A DNA stretch of 64,000 nt from positions 89,652,178 through 89,716,177 of the forward strand of contig JASCQW010000043.1 of assembly GCA_030264375.1 (NCBI GenBank), given 5' to 3'. This DNA comes from Carcharhinus longimanus (taxonomy: Eukaryota). The position numbers and the translations under genes were made by a program. Under the pieces are notes generated by a model. It did no database searches and had not been told where the DNA came from. It saw nothing but the letters and a program-made list of their open reading frames with translations. Below, one piece after another: positions 36,363 to 49,039 of the stretch (positions within the stretch are counted from its first letter, which is position 1; every line of letters begins with the position of its first letter).

Positions 36363-37112
36363 GATTCCACCATTTTGATTTCCACCCCCCGCAAGTGCTT
36401 GTCTGTATCTTCCTTCTCATGTTTTGCTTTCAGACAGCACTGACTCCTTTTCTGCCATTAACACAATCTGCTATTTTGATTTCAGACAGTGCAGATTTTT
36501 ATTATGCTATTAGCATCTGCTTTAGTCTTTAATACTATCAATATCACTCTTTGTCTTGTGTTCAAAGACATCTATATCATTTAATCTCTCTGCNNNNNNN
36601 NNNNNNNNNNNNNNNNNNNNNNNNNNNNNNNNNNNNNNNNNNNNNNNNNNNNNNNNNNNNNNNNNNNNNNNNNNNNNNNNNNNNNNNNNNNNNNNNNNNN
36701 NNNNNNNNNNNNNNNNNNNNNNNNNNNNNNNNNNNNNNNNNNNNNNNNNNNNNNNNNNNNNNNNNNNNNNNNNNNNNNNNNNNNNNNNNNNNNNNNNNNN
36801 NNNNNNNNNNNNNNNNNNNNNNNNNNNNNNNNNNNNNNNNNNNNNNNNNNNNNNNNNNNNNNNNNNNNNNNNNNNNNNNNNNNNNNNNNNNNNNNNTCTC
36901 TGCCCCCCCCCCCCCCGACAGCCTCTCCTGACCTTCTATTTTGCTGCACCTGCCCTGCCCCCTTTTTCAATAGCATAAAACCCATCACATTACTATTTCG
37001 CTTCAGTTCTGATGAAGATTCACATTAGACTTGAAATGTGAACTTTGTTTCTCTTGCCACTGATGTAGCCAAACCTGTTGAGTTTTTCCAGTATTTTCTG
37101 TTTTTGTGTAAG
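36363..37112 (+). mobile_element. Penelope-like 3' region/pseudo-LTR with hammerhead motif
   Basis: agtt-CTGATGA(37009)...GAAA(37033)tgtg-aact. Imperfect flanking duplication gcaaatgaactg (36352) / gcaagtgaactg (37113). Contains an N gap of about 300 bases. Confidence 0.65.
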
Positions 37113-37410
37113 GCAAGTGAACTGGTGGTGTTTGTTACAAGAGGAATGGAAGATAAAGGTAGGGAAGTTTTCCTACAGTTGTTCAGGCTCTTACATCTGG
37201 ATTACTGTGTACAGTTCAAGTCTCATTACTTGAGAAAGGACATACTTGAACTGCAAGTAGTACAAAAAAGGTTCACTTGACTGATTTCCTGGGATGAAGG
37301 GGTTGATTTATGAGGAAATGTTGGACAGATTGAGCCTATAGCCACTGGAGTGGAAAAATAGGAGGTGATGTTATTTAAACATTACAAGATGCAGAAGGGA
37401 CTTGACAAGG

Positions 37411-37767
37411 TTTTTTAGTTTATTTATTAGTATCACAAGTGGCTTACACTAACCTGCAATGAAGTTACTGTGAAAATCCTGTGGTCGTCACCCTCTGGCC
37501 CCGGGGGGGGGGGGNNNNNNNNNNGGCCCCCCCCCCCCCCCCCCCCCCCCCCGCCACTTCAAGTACACTGAGGACGAATTTAACATGGCCAATTCACCTA
37601 ACCAGCACGTCTTTCAGACTGAGGGGAGAAACTGGAGCACCTGGAGGAAACCCATGCAGCCACAGGGAAAATGTGAAGACTCTGCACAGACAGTGATCCA
37701 AGCCAGAAATCGAACTTGGATCCCTGGTCCTGTGAGGCAGCAGTGCTGACCACTGCCACCGTGCCAC
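37411..37767 (-). mobile_element. V-SINE with an alternative (non-HE1) 3' tail
   Basis: tRNA head and V-domain on the minus strand at 37600-37767. Tail on the minus strand reads 'ttttcacagtaacttcattgcag...cttgtgatactaataaataaa'. Confidence 0.85.
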
Positions 37768-38537
37768 TTGGGTGTTGAAAGGATGTTTCCCCTTTTTAGA
37801 GAGGCTAGAATTAGAGGACAGAGTTTAAAAATACTGTCTCTGTCTCTCTCATTTAAGACAGAGGTGAGGATAATTGATTTCCCTGAGGGTCTTAGTCTGT
37901 GGAATTCTCTTCCACTGAGAACAGTGGAGGTTGAGAACAGTGGAGGTAAAGAACATTACAAAATAACAGGGCCAATCACCCCTGGAAACTAAGGGCTATT
38001 GAATATGTTTAAGGCTGACAAGATTCTTGACTGACAAAAAAAGTCAAATGTGACAGATGGGGAGGCAGCGACCACAATCAGATCAGCCATGATCTTATCG
38101 AATGATGAAGCAGGCTCGAGGGGCTGAGTGGCCTACTCCTGCTCCTAATTTGGGCACTCATGCCTGGTATTGAAATACTGCCTCTAAATGATTCCATTCT
38201 GAAGGCTGCGGAAATTTATAAAATCATGTGCAAGGCACAAAGTGCCCAATTGTGGAGATACCATAAAGAAAAGGAAAATGGAATATGCGGCACGTGCTCA
38301 CATTTCTGATGGGAACTGTACTGCGAGCCATACTGGTGCAAGCAGTGCATAGTGACCTCAAGATGTATGCAGAACAGGCAGAACATAATGCTGATGAACA
38401 GGACACACTGGTTTGACACCAGTGTTGCCATTTTGGAGTTTGACATTGCATCCAGTGCCTTCAGTCCTAGCACCCTATCACAGGCACTATATAAAGGGGT
38501 CATCAACTGCTTATAGATTTGTTTCTGGATGACTTGT

Positions 38538-38832
38538 TAGAACGTAGAACATAGAACACTACAGCACAAACAGGCCCTTCGGCCCACGAGTTGCGCCGAT
38601 CACATCAACACCTANNNNNNNNNNNNNNNNNNNNNNNNNNNNNNNNNNNNNNNNNNNNNNNNNNNNNNNNNNNNNNNNNNNNNNNNNNNNNNNNNNNNNN
38701 NNNNNNNNNNNNNNTTCATAAGGCATGCCTCCCAGTCCAGGCAACATCCTTGTAAATCTCCTCTGTACCCTTTCAATAGCTTCTACGTCCTTCCTATAGT
38801 GAGGCGACCAGAACTGCGCACAGTACTCCAAA
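38538..38832 (-). mobile_element. CR1 3' end spanning a gap
   Basis: EYCAQFWSPHYRKDVEAIERVQRRFTRMLPGL, with a (tagaac) tail. Confidence 0.9.
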
Positions 38833-39029
38833 TGAGGTTGCTATAATTAGGCTTGCTTTGTTGATTTCCCTGGTTGTGTGACAGGTGCAGAGTATTTTTT
38901 TTATTGATTTCAGCATTTTTATACAAACTCGGTTGCTCCCAAATTCACCAACATCTTTCTTGGTATTGAGTATGACTGTGAGAATAGGCAAGATCATGCA
39001 CAGCAAGTTAAACTGCTGGAAGAGGGAGA

Positions 39030-39800
39030 AGCGCGTTCAGGATGAGGCCATAGCTGCCCAAGTGTTCAGGGAGTCATTCTCATACTTCAGCCTCAGTGAT
39101 GATCAATATTTAACTCATCCAGGTTTCACTCAGAAGACTGTCATGGCCAACTGCTGTGGCCACAACTCCAATCTTCGAAGAGCGTGGACTGCATTGCTTG
39201 TCGGTGTGCAGGTTATTAGACAATGAACATTTTGTGTGGCTGGTTTCTTCAAGGCTGGTATTAGAGAGATTAGCAACATCTTGCAGTTGCCATTCAGGAT
39301 TGTATGAGGGAGAACAGTCAGAATCTCAATTCAGAGATAGAAAGCAATATTTCATTCTCGTTGAGCACAGACAAGGAGGCAGAGAAAACTGAGTTCCCAA
39401 GAACACTCTGCACCCCATGGTGCAGTGTGCTAACTGTATGCATTTTGTTTGAAGGCACCACTCATCAACCATGCCCTGTACCAGAAGCAAAAGTAATTTC
39501 CTTTCAATAGTGTGCAGCCAATCATGACCAAAGGCACCCTGGTAGTGGGAAGTCCAGTATGGTGGCTGCAATTCTACCCCCATACCAAGGTGAAGGATTG
39601 GCAACTGTGACAAGAGCTATATGCGGATGACATAGCTCCATGTGTGTTACATGTGTGCAATAGGCATGCACCAGAAACCATGCTGTTGGTAGTACTACCA
39701 GCAATTGTTGATTTTTGGGCCTGCCTTTGTGTGCAGTTAAACAATAGTGGTTGCGCAGACAAACCATAATAATGAATAGTCAACAAGAGGCTGTGCTGCG
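39030..39800 (+). pseudogene. PIF/Harbinger transposase remnant (HARBI1-like DDE)
   Basis: VFRESFSYFSLSDDQYL...FTQKTV; AWTALLVGVQV; ISFSLSTDKEAE; PMVQCANCMH; a DKSY (GDxGY-like) motif near 39610. Multiple frameshifts. Confidence 0.75.
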
Positions 39801-41349
39801 TATTTACATCAAAAAGGTATAATGTAATCATGGATTGCATGCCCTACACTCAATTTTGAGGGCTGTGCAATTTAGATGCTATATGTGGAATGAAAACTTG
39901 TCTCACCCACATATCAATTTCTCCCTTAGCTATGCAGTATGTTCATGATGGCTTGGACAACAGCACACATCTTCCCCAATTCCCCTGCACAAGCCATGTT
40001 CTGCTATGCATACCAATGCATGTGGGTGGACTTGCTTGGATACCAAGGCGTTTCCCAAATGCTAGAACTAGGATGGGTCTGAAGACGTACGTTGAAGGAT
40101 GTTGGGTGAGATCCTTCCAATGCTTTGAAACAGGGTGACTAAATTGCAGAACAGAAGTGGTAAACGCATGTTAATCAGCACTGCTGAAAATTTCCATTCT
40201 GGTAGGCACTGTGACACAACTGTCGTATCGGCAAAGTAACACTGATTTCAATAATTGATCAAATAAGTGGTTATCATTTTGCAATTAATCCGGGTGGTTG
40301 TAGGCAATGCTCTGCTGCTTTTAACAGATCAGGAACGTTTGATGCTGGACAGTTTTAAATGTGCTGTAAACTGTGATAAATTAAGACACTTTTTTAATCT
40401 GAGGCATGGTCAGATTGGAAGAATTTGTCTCCTGTAACAGAAAGCTGAGGTACCCTGTGGGCTACAGTGCAGAACTTAACCAGAGCAAATAGTTGCCTGC
40501 AATTGTCTGTCATCTAATATATCAGTTGTTTTATTAATCAATAATAGAAAATTGTCAAGTGTAATGCTCCCAGAACGCAATCCACAAAGCAAGTGGACTT
40601 TCATCTTAGAACTGAAGTTTTTCCAAACAGTTTGAAATGGAGAAAGGTAGCAGCTGTCCTGTTGACTAGGGAGCAGCAGATGGATGTGCAGAGAATGCCA
40701 TGTGGTGCATGGAATGACATGCGGTTATAATCGGGTTTAGCACGCCTGTCCAACATTCCAAATTTGAAACTGTGTCATAGTGTAATGTATGAATTCATGC
40801 ACAGCATTAGCCCTCAGTTTAGATTTATATATTTACTCTCGTAAAGTTAATCCCTTTTAAATTTTCTTCTTTCAAGAGACCAGTGGGTCACAACCGTCTT
40901 TAGTCGCTCCTTAATGTCTCCTGCTATTCCTAAAATAAACCCAATCTGATTGTGGAATACATTTTATAGAGCAGTGTGCCTTAAGGGTTTGATATTATCT
41001 TTATGATGGCTAAAAGATGAAGATTGATAGATATTTTTCCCATTTTTCAAACAAGAACAAAATAGTGAAACTTATTTTTCTTCAGATTAACATTGAGGAG
41101 AAGATATCTTGGAGAACAAAGTTGTGCTTTGTAAATAAACATGAACATGTGAGTAAAACACTTTGAAGGTGTTTCTTGTGAATTACTAATTACAGTATTA
41201 TCATATTGCAATACTCTAGCTCGAGATAAATCACAATGAGGGACTCTAAATTTGGCATCTTGCAGCCACAAGTAATGAGTCTTGGAAATGCCCTAGTAAA
41301 CAGAAACTTAAGTACAAAATCTAGGCTGATGCACTGGTACATTTTTGGT

Positions 41350-41510
41350 TGTTATCACATTGCTGTTTGTGGGAGCTTACTGTGAGGAAACAGATCACAT
41401 TGGTTCCTACATAGCAGTGACTATACTTCAGAAGGACTTCACTGGCTGTAAAGTATTTTGGAATTTGCTGAGGTCATGAAAGATGCTGCACAATTGAGTC
41501 TTTATTTTCT
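41350..41510 (+). mobile_element. Deu-SINE/L2-type 3' tail
   Basis: 'attgctgtttgtgggagctt...cagtgactatacttcagaag...ggctgtaaagtattttgg...gaggtcatgaaagatgct'. A similar copy is at 61375-61532. Confidence 0.65.
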
Positions 41511-42189
41511 AAAAGGCTGTCTAGCTATGTGTGCTTAAATTCAGGATGTTTTTTCAGCACCTCCTAGTAGACTTGAACAGTGATGACCACCCTTGCAGAA
41601 CTTATCATCTTTCCATTAATTGTTACTTTTTGTTTTTTGAGTTTTCTCTCTGAGAAGCAGGAAGAGAAGAAAATGCTGTATTTTACACATAAAGACGCCT
41701 TTTCCAAGTGCAAGCTAAAAGTGGGGTGCCTCATCCATCTGGTCATGCATACCAGGAAATTGATAGCAAGCTTCCCCTCATTTTATGATATGTAGTCATC
41801 AGGCAAAATGCCGCACAGAGGCTGCCTTTGAAAAATCACCCGTACAGATTAAAATGCAGGCAATGTGTCACATTCGGTAAACCACACATTAGTGTACGAC
41901 ATCATAATATGCTCATTTCTATAACATGACTCCATTAACAACAGCTTGCATTTGTATAGCACTATTCATATTGTAAAACATCCACTGTTACCACATAAAA
42001 AGACAGGAGACCAAAGTTTGGTTTTAAGGAATGTCTTGAAGGAAAAAATGGAGAGTGTTTACAGAGGAAAGTCCAGATCCTGTGACCCAGAGGTGTTGAA
42101 TGTGGTGTTGATATATTTGGAGTTGTGCACAATGGTATTTACTTTTTTTTACTTTTGAACATCTTTGACCAGCTCCTCAAAGAGCCTTA

Positions 42190-42430
42190 TGCATTTAGAC
42201 AGTGTTATTTGCTGATTCAGAATGTCCAAAACACTTCACAGCCAATGAATTACTCTTTGAAGTGTAGTTATTGTTGTCCTATAGGCAGATGTTTCATATG
42301 AAACTTCTCCAGGACAACTGCCTAGTCATCAAATTTGATGATTGAAGTTTTTATATCCACCAGACACGGTGCCGTAGTTTAACATTTTTACCAAAGTACC
42401 TCCAACACTACAATGTAGTACTCCCTTCCA
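42190..42430 (-). mobile_element. Deu-domain SINE fragment
   Basis: 'cacttcacagccaatgaattactctttgaagtgtagt' is the reverse complement of the same tail. Confidence 0.6.
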
Positions 42431-45400
42431 ACTGTATTAGGGAAAAGCCCTGGTGTTTTTCAGTCCTGGAGCGGAGTGTACCATGAGCTTGCAACTTCAA
42501 TAATCAGGAGGAATCAGGGAAGGTGGGATATGTGGGGGAATGTTGGGATCAGGATATTGAATTTGATGATCATCCATGTTCAAAATGAAAGATGAAGCGG
42601 CCTGGAAGGCCAAATGGTCTACTCCTGTTTCTACTCTCTCTTTCTGAGCCTAGTTCAGCCGGGCTAGCTGGCTCATAAGCTAGCTGCCCCAACATATGAT
42701 TAGAACTGAAGCGCTACAGTAGCACAACTTGAATTACTGAAGCGATCCTGGGCGACATTTCACATCCTATTATTTAAAAGAACAGGAGACGCAGCTCAAT
42801 TTGTTAAGAGTACAAATCACGCGAGTTCTTGCGACATTAAGCCTCAATGCGCCAATATGTCACCCTAAGTATATCGGGGCTAGTGTAATAGGATCTCAAT
42901 ATGTATCAGAGTTGCAGCAGAGCGTTTTTTCTTTACATTTATATGCAAATAAAAACTATAAATGGGACAATTTACTCTGGCGCCAATGTGGAGTTGGGAC
43001 CAGTACATGTACAATATCATTTCCCCGGGGATTGCTACATCACTGTCATTTTAAATATGGTGAATGGACGATTTGTACATTCAACAGAACCTTGAGATTG
43101 TTTTAATGCCACAGAAATATGTTACTAATGTTTGGCTAGAAACAGATAACATTTTATACCAAACTATTTTGCTACCTTCGATATCCATGTGCGTGGGGTC
43201 ACCCGCAGTTGATCTTGAGTTGCACTGTGTGACTACAGACTGATGAGAGATTAGGCCGTTAATGTTCCACCCACCACCTTCTGTAATGCCATTTACTGGG
43301 CTGGATCTAAATATATATATATAAAAACATCCTGCACACTAGGACCCTGGGATGTTTCTTTGAAAGTAGGTTCGCTGATGTGTCTGTTCAGCACTAATAC
43401 AGCGGGCAGGAGAAACACACTCGGGAATGAGGGGAGAAGGAGGATAAGGGTGTATTAAGAAAGCAATCATGTCTGCAGGCTATTAGGATTTGGATTTATT
43501 GTACACTCGCCTAAACTGAGGATTTCCCCGTTATGTTAAAGAGCACATTCACGGCATAAACATTTGAGAGGCAGGTTTGAGATTCACAAACAAGTCATCC
43601 ATTAGATATATAGTCACATAATTTGTACAAAGCCATTGTTGTTGTAGACTTATTAACCCAAACTGTGCTCAGACGAACTCTCCGGGCTTTCAGGGATAGT
43701 GTTCCCTTTCTTGGTTCAAAGGACATCCTAAAATCAGCGCTCTCTGAAGATGTGTCGGAGTTTGGATTCGGATTATGATGAGATTCTGTATGGGTCAGTC
43801 CACTATTACAGTAGTGCCGTCAATAACCCAGACACTGACAGAGCCGGCTGTTGGGGCTGCTTGTCAGTCATGTCCACCCCATTGTTAGCTACTGGGGAGA
43901 GTTTCATCAGTTCTTAGCTCGGCCACCAAGCCAAAGCACCGTGCAAAAAGTCCAATTGTATGTCAGGCGCCTCCTGCAGAAAGTCCGCCTCCCGACAGTT
44001 ACTCAAGTCACCAGGCACGACTGATGTTTGGCAGCAGACAGGGATAAGTGTAGGTCTCACCTTTCCAGCTGAAAGCTAGCACCAAGACATTGTGGGGTTA
44101 AAATACTAGGTTTGAGAAATGATTTAACGAGATGTTGTTCCCTTCACCCCCGCAGCTCCGGAGAAACCTTAGCAATTTATCTTGGTCTACTCATTCCACA
44201 TAAAATGACTTTGCAGCCGTGTTAAGAGGCATCAGAAACATTGATCATCACGGAATAAATAAATGTTCCTCGGGAGTCTCAGTGGCCACTTGGAGCCAGT
44301 GGGGTTATTCTTTCCGAGGCAGCACGGTTATTGATGTAAGTGGCTTGAGTTCTGCTACAAAAGCTCATTCCATAATGCCAGGCTGCATTCATCTAAGTTA
44401 TAAAAGAAATCTGCGGCTGGCGATGTACTCGGGATTAAACTAAGCCATTTTACAGAGCCGGCACAGCTGAAAAAAAAATGGAGCCTTTCACAGCCTGAGA
44501 CATCAGCAGGACATCCTGTTTTAGTTTAGAAATAACCCCGTTCCCTAATAAAAAAGAAACTCTAGAAATAATCTCCAACAGAAGAGTCTGTTCAGTTGCT
44601 GATTGTCATACTGGCAGAGGTCCAGCGCTACAGAAAGGGGTCATGTGGAGCTGCTGGAAAGCACTCAAACAGCACCTAAGGAAGTCATTAAAAAATCTCA
44701 TTTATTTAGTTCTCATTTTATGATAGTTTGCCCCGCAAAAGCATCCTCTAGGCTATTAAGGAAGCAATACAAATAATTATGCAATGAAGAAGCATTTCAT
44801 TTGAATTAAAATAATCTCACAGTGCTGCTTTTGGCACAAGTTCTGAATGTTTGGCATAACATCATGGGTAGCTCATAAATGATTATGTTATGATGTTTTT
44901 ATGATGGGTTAAATTGTTTCTCCATGTACTTTCTTACTCTGAAGGGCTTTGAGCTGTCAGTTCAAATTAATAGTTCACTTTAACATATATATTACATATT
45001 TTGCAAATGTTAACTGGGTGCAGGGATACAAGAGGAGGGAAGGAGTTTCAGAAGAAACCACAGAAATGAGCAAATGAACAACTTGCTTCAAAACTGCAAC
45101 TAATAGAAAAAGGCAAGGGAAATGTCAAAGTGTAAACATTTATTACTGCTGACATTCTATGTTTATCAAGTTTAATTGAGGTTGATAGGGGTAATATTTG
45201 CTAATGCAAAATGCAAGTGTAACTTTACCAATTTTCACTAATGTTCCTATTAATGCTGGCAGTGGTTCTACTGCTCCAATGATAATTACAATAGACTTAA
45301 TTTTGAACAGGTAATAATGAACTGTGACAACAGAAAACGAAAAATATAATTTACAGCGATTTAAAGAAAAAAGCAGAGGCTGAAAATCCCTGCATACTGA

Positions 45401-47890
45401 CCCCCAAAACCGCAGGTCAGCATCAATGACTGTACATCTCCCTGCATTTTAGCACACATTTTGTTATAAGTAAATCTCTTGATGTCTAACACAACTGCCC
45501 TACAAGCACATCATGTAAACAATGATTGTGTAAAGAAATACTGTAAAACTCAGCATCAAATGAAGCATTAAAAAGTCTTTTTGATTGTGATAATAGTTGC
45601 AGTGTAGGTAGTATTATTTTTGTAATAATACTAATTAACGTTTACACACTATGCAAATTGGCTATTTTAGCCACTGGTCATAGAAAGCACAGCACTACAT
45701 AGGGATAATGGGATTTGTAGATACTAGATCTTTTTGTTCGTAAGTAAAGAACTTTTTAGAACAAATCACGATCAAACCACATTCTTTGATTTCATTTTCA
45801 TGACGACTGCTGTTAGAAGCACTTTGTTCTCTTCAATATTTCTCAGCGACTCACTGATGTGTGAGCATTCCCTGCCCACCACGTCTGGCCCAGCTAACAG
45901 ACAAAAAAACAAAAATCACAGCCAGCAAATCTGCACCAGTTGGCTTTGAAGCAATCTGGCTCTCTTCAGAAAGATTACTGACCTTGCTAGGTTTCCTCTT
46001 TCTTACCCCTTCGTTCCTTTTTAGTCAGTCAGTGATGTGTGCACCTCCAGTACTGAAAATGTGAGCTCACAAAATGTCTGGCATAATTTACATGCTTGTC
46101 CTCCTTTCAGACAGACAGTGTTCAGCAAAAGATTTCAAAGAAAGGGAAAAGGGAAGAAAGGATTTTGGTGTGGTCTATGGATGCAACATTTTCTATTGAA
46201 GCAGGAAAACAAGCAGAAAATACTACACTTTAATTCCCCTTTCCCATCGCTGCTGAATGTGGAACCCCCTCAGCATTTAGTTTGTTTTTAGCCACAGCCC
46301 TTTTCCTGTTGTAGAGCCCCTGAGATAATTATAAATTCCACAGATCCATGAAAAGACAGATATGGCAATAGACAGATTGAATGTGCTTGATTGGCAGAAA
46401 TGAGCCCTGATCTTGTAGCCTGTCTCTTCCATACTCATCTTTCTATGAACTGTGCAGCATCATTAAAATTCTGTCAAATGAAGTATGTAACTTAGTTTCA
46501 ATTCACCTTCAGAAAATCCTGTAGGACATAATTTGTGAATTATTAAGTTGAAAATTCTGTTCACACGGCCATCATTTTAATATTACAGTGAGGAACTATG
46601 AGCCATCAAAACTACACAAGCCGCAATCTCTCACTGAATACATTGTGGAAGATCTGTGCCTCACAACTACAAATAGGAGTGAATTTTGTGATCTTTCATG
46701 TATGCAAAAACCACTTATATTCTACACTCAACATTGAGTTTCAAAATGTTTGTAAAAGAAAGATTAATTCAAGACTAAAGTTGCCCTAAGAGATGTCAAA
46801 AAACCCTTTGTTTTCATCTCCAAACCCCATTTTAGACTTTTTCCTCCTGCTTTAGATCCATTTGCATCACACAACTTGTCCAGGATGTGGGCAGCATGTC
46901 AGTTGTTCCTAATCCTTGTCAATCCCCTGCAGCTAGAAAGTATGCAAGATCGCCCGAGATTTATCTCCTTCCCCTAGAATCTTTCCTCCTGTGGGGGAAG
47001 CACATTCACAGATGACTCGAGTGTGATGGGAAGCTTAACACTTTGGGGGTTGTGAACTTACATCCTATCATTCCACTGTGTAGAACATTAAAAATGAACA
47101 TGCTATATGTATTGGGTTGACTAATGAGTAACACCTGTGTGACCATTCCCACATTTGAATGGGTTTCATTTAGTTGATTTATCAACCAGGTCTCTAATGA
47201 AAACCTCACTGGCCACCACACAAGATTATTGCACTATAAACAGACTTGCAATGGAACTCTCAGCATTATTTATTTATTATCTAATTCTTTTAAGGGATTT
47301 GAGCCTCACTGGCTAGGCCATCTATTGGCCATTCGTAATTACCTTTTGCGAAGGTGCTTGTGAGCCGCCGCCTTTAACTGCCAGGTACACCTAAGTGCTG
47401 TTAAGAAGGGAGTCCCAGGTGTTTGACCAAATGATGGTGAAGGAAAGGCAATATAATTTCAAGTTACTGTGGTGATTATACATAAAAAAGCTAAATGTGT
47501 GAAAGATCCTCCAGCAATGGAACTAAAATATTATTCTACTGGATCTACTTTAAAAAAAACATAGAATTGTTGTGGTGCAGAACACGTCCTATCATAGTTC
47601 GTTGTGTATCTTATAACAAAAAATAGCCTTTGGAGGTGCTGGTGCTGAAGGTTAGGACAAGACTGGTAAGCAGTATTTTTGACGGGAGTATTCTCTTCAA
47701 GAAAAGTTATTTATCTTGGTTTGTAAACACATAATGTAATGACTTAAAATATTTTCAAGCAATACCACTTTGGGCTGATCTAAAAGAGTTGCTGGAAAGT
47801 TTTGATCAGCACTCAAAATCTGAAAATTTGGTCATATTGGTCTGAGCCAGGTTGTTCAGTTCCCTTGTATCTGTTCAGCTTCTGTGAGCA

Positions 47891-48389
47891 TCTAGATTCT
47901 TTGATACAGCACTGGAGGTCCAGTGAAATACCCACAGGAAGAAGGAGATCTCAGAGGTGGCTAATGTGACTCGTGGGAGGATATTGCTGGGAGGTAACAG
48001 CCAAGAGCCCTGGCTCCAGGACATGGCTGTATCCCTGCAATAAATTTTATGGCTTAACCTGAGTAGTCACAGTGAGATCCCATCTCTCAAACACACTTCA
48101 AATCAGTACAACACCACCAGTATCACAATCTCACCCACTATCTAACCATACATTGATATTCCTACAGCCACACCATTGCATCCTTCATGGCTACCATCCA
48201 CATCTCAAAGTTCTTCAACGCATGGGGCTTCAAACACACACACATGCACATACACACTTGTCAATATACTTACTCAAATTATCGCACTTTCTTATCCAGG
48301 AAAAAATACCACGTAACAGGCAGCAAGGGAAGGGAGGAGCAGCACACTTGCATGATAGCACTCTTCTAGAGGAGGTAGTGAGGCCGTGA
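47891..48389 (+). pseudogene. Harbinger Myb/SANT-like DNA-binding gene remnant, two exons (47891-48071, 48300-48389)
   Basis: SRFFDTALEV...WEDIA...SRTWLYPCNKFYGLT, donor gtgag at 48072, acceptor ccag ending at 48299, then EKIPRNRQQGKGGAAHLHDSTLLEEV in phase 0. Confidence 0.7.
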
Positions 48390-49039
48390 TGAGGAGGGGA
48401 GAGGGAGATGCTGTGGCTTGAATCGGAGCAGGGGCAAATATTTCCAAGAGGTACGTTGCCGCTCTTGTTTCCTGTCAGTTATATCACTGTTCCTAATCCT
48501 TAATCTCCCCAAGTTATCATTATTCACAAGCTCCATATGGGCTTATCCCACATTCTCCAACACTGGTCACATGCACTAACCCTTCCAGTTTTATCCCAGC
48601 AGCAAGTTCCACCTCATTCTCCAATGAAATGGTAGTCGAGAAAGAACTATCACACACCTCACCTGCAACTGCATTGGGGTTCATTGAAGCAATAAAGTAA
48701 ACAGCAACACTCTTTCTGTATAGTCATGAAGGGGGAATGGATTAATATTTCTTAATTGTGTGATTGTTTGCTTTTACTGAAGATAAAGAGTGATGATAAT
48801 AGTTGAGTGATGATGGGTTCTTCATAAACGTAGATAATAGATTTTCAGATGGACATACAATTGTGGAGAGTGAGACATGTGGCAGATGTACTCTGATGGT
48901 ACACCAGGTCTCCTAAAATTTTCTCCCAATAAATGGCAGTGAGCATCCCTCTTAGGCACAGGACATTAACCTGGAAGCCTCTGATATTTCCTTTGGTCGG
49001 TGCCCTCCTCATCCTTATCTTGAGTGCCCTAAGCTTCAC

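Larger units (their letters stand above)
36280..38150 (+). mobile_element. CR1 3' region with nested Penelope (36363-37112) and V-SINE (37411-37767)
   Basis: GMEDKGREVFLQLF...LDYCVQF...LRKDILEL...VQKRFT, with the CR1 tail at 38075-38150. Confidence 0.85.

Noticed and set aside
37499-37553. G-run / N / C-run resembling a hairpin or G-quadruplex
   Set aside because: Homopolymers bordering a 10-N gap inside a SINE; sequence quality is unreliable.
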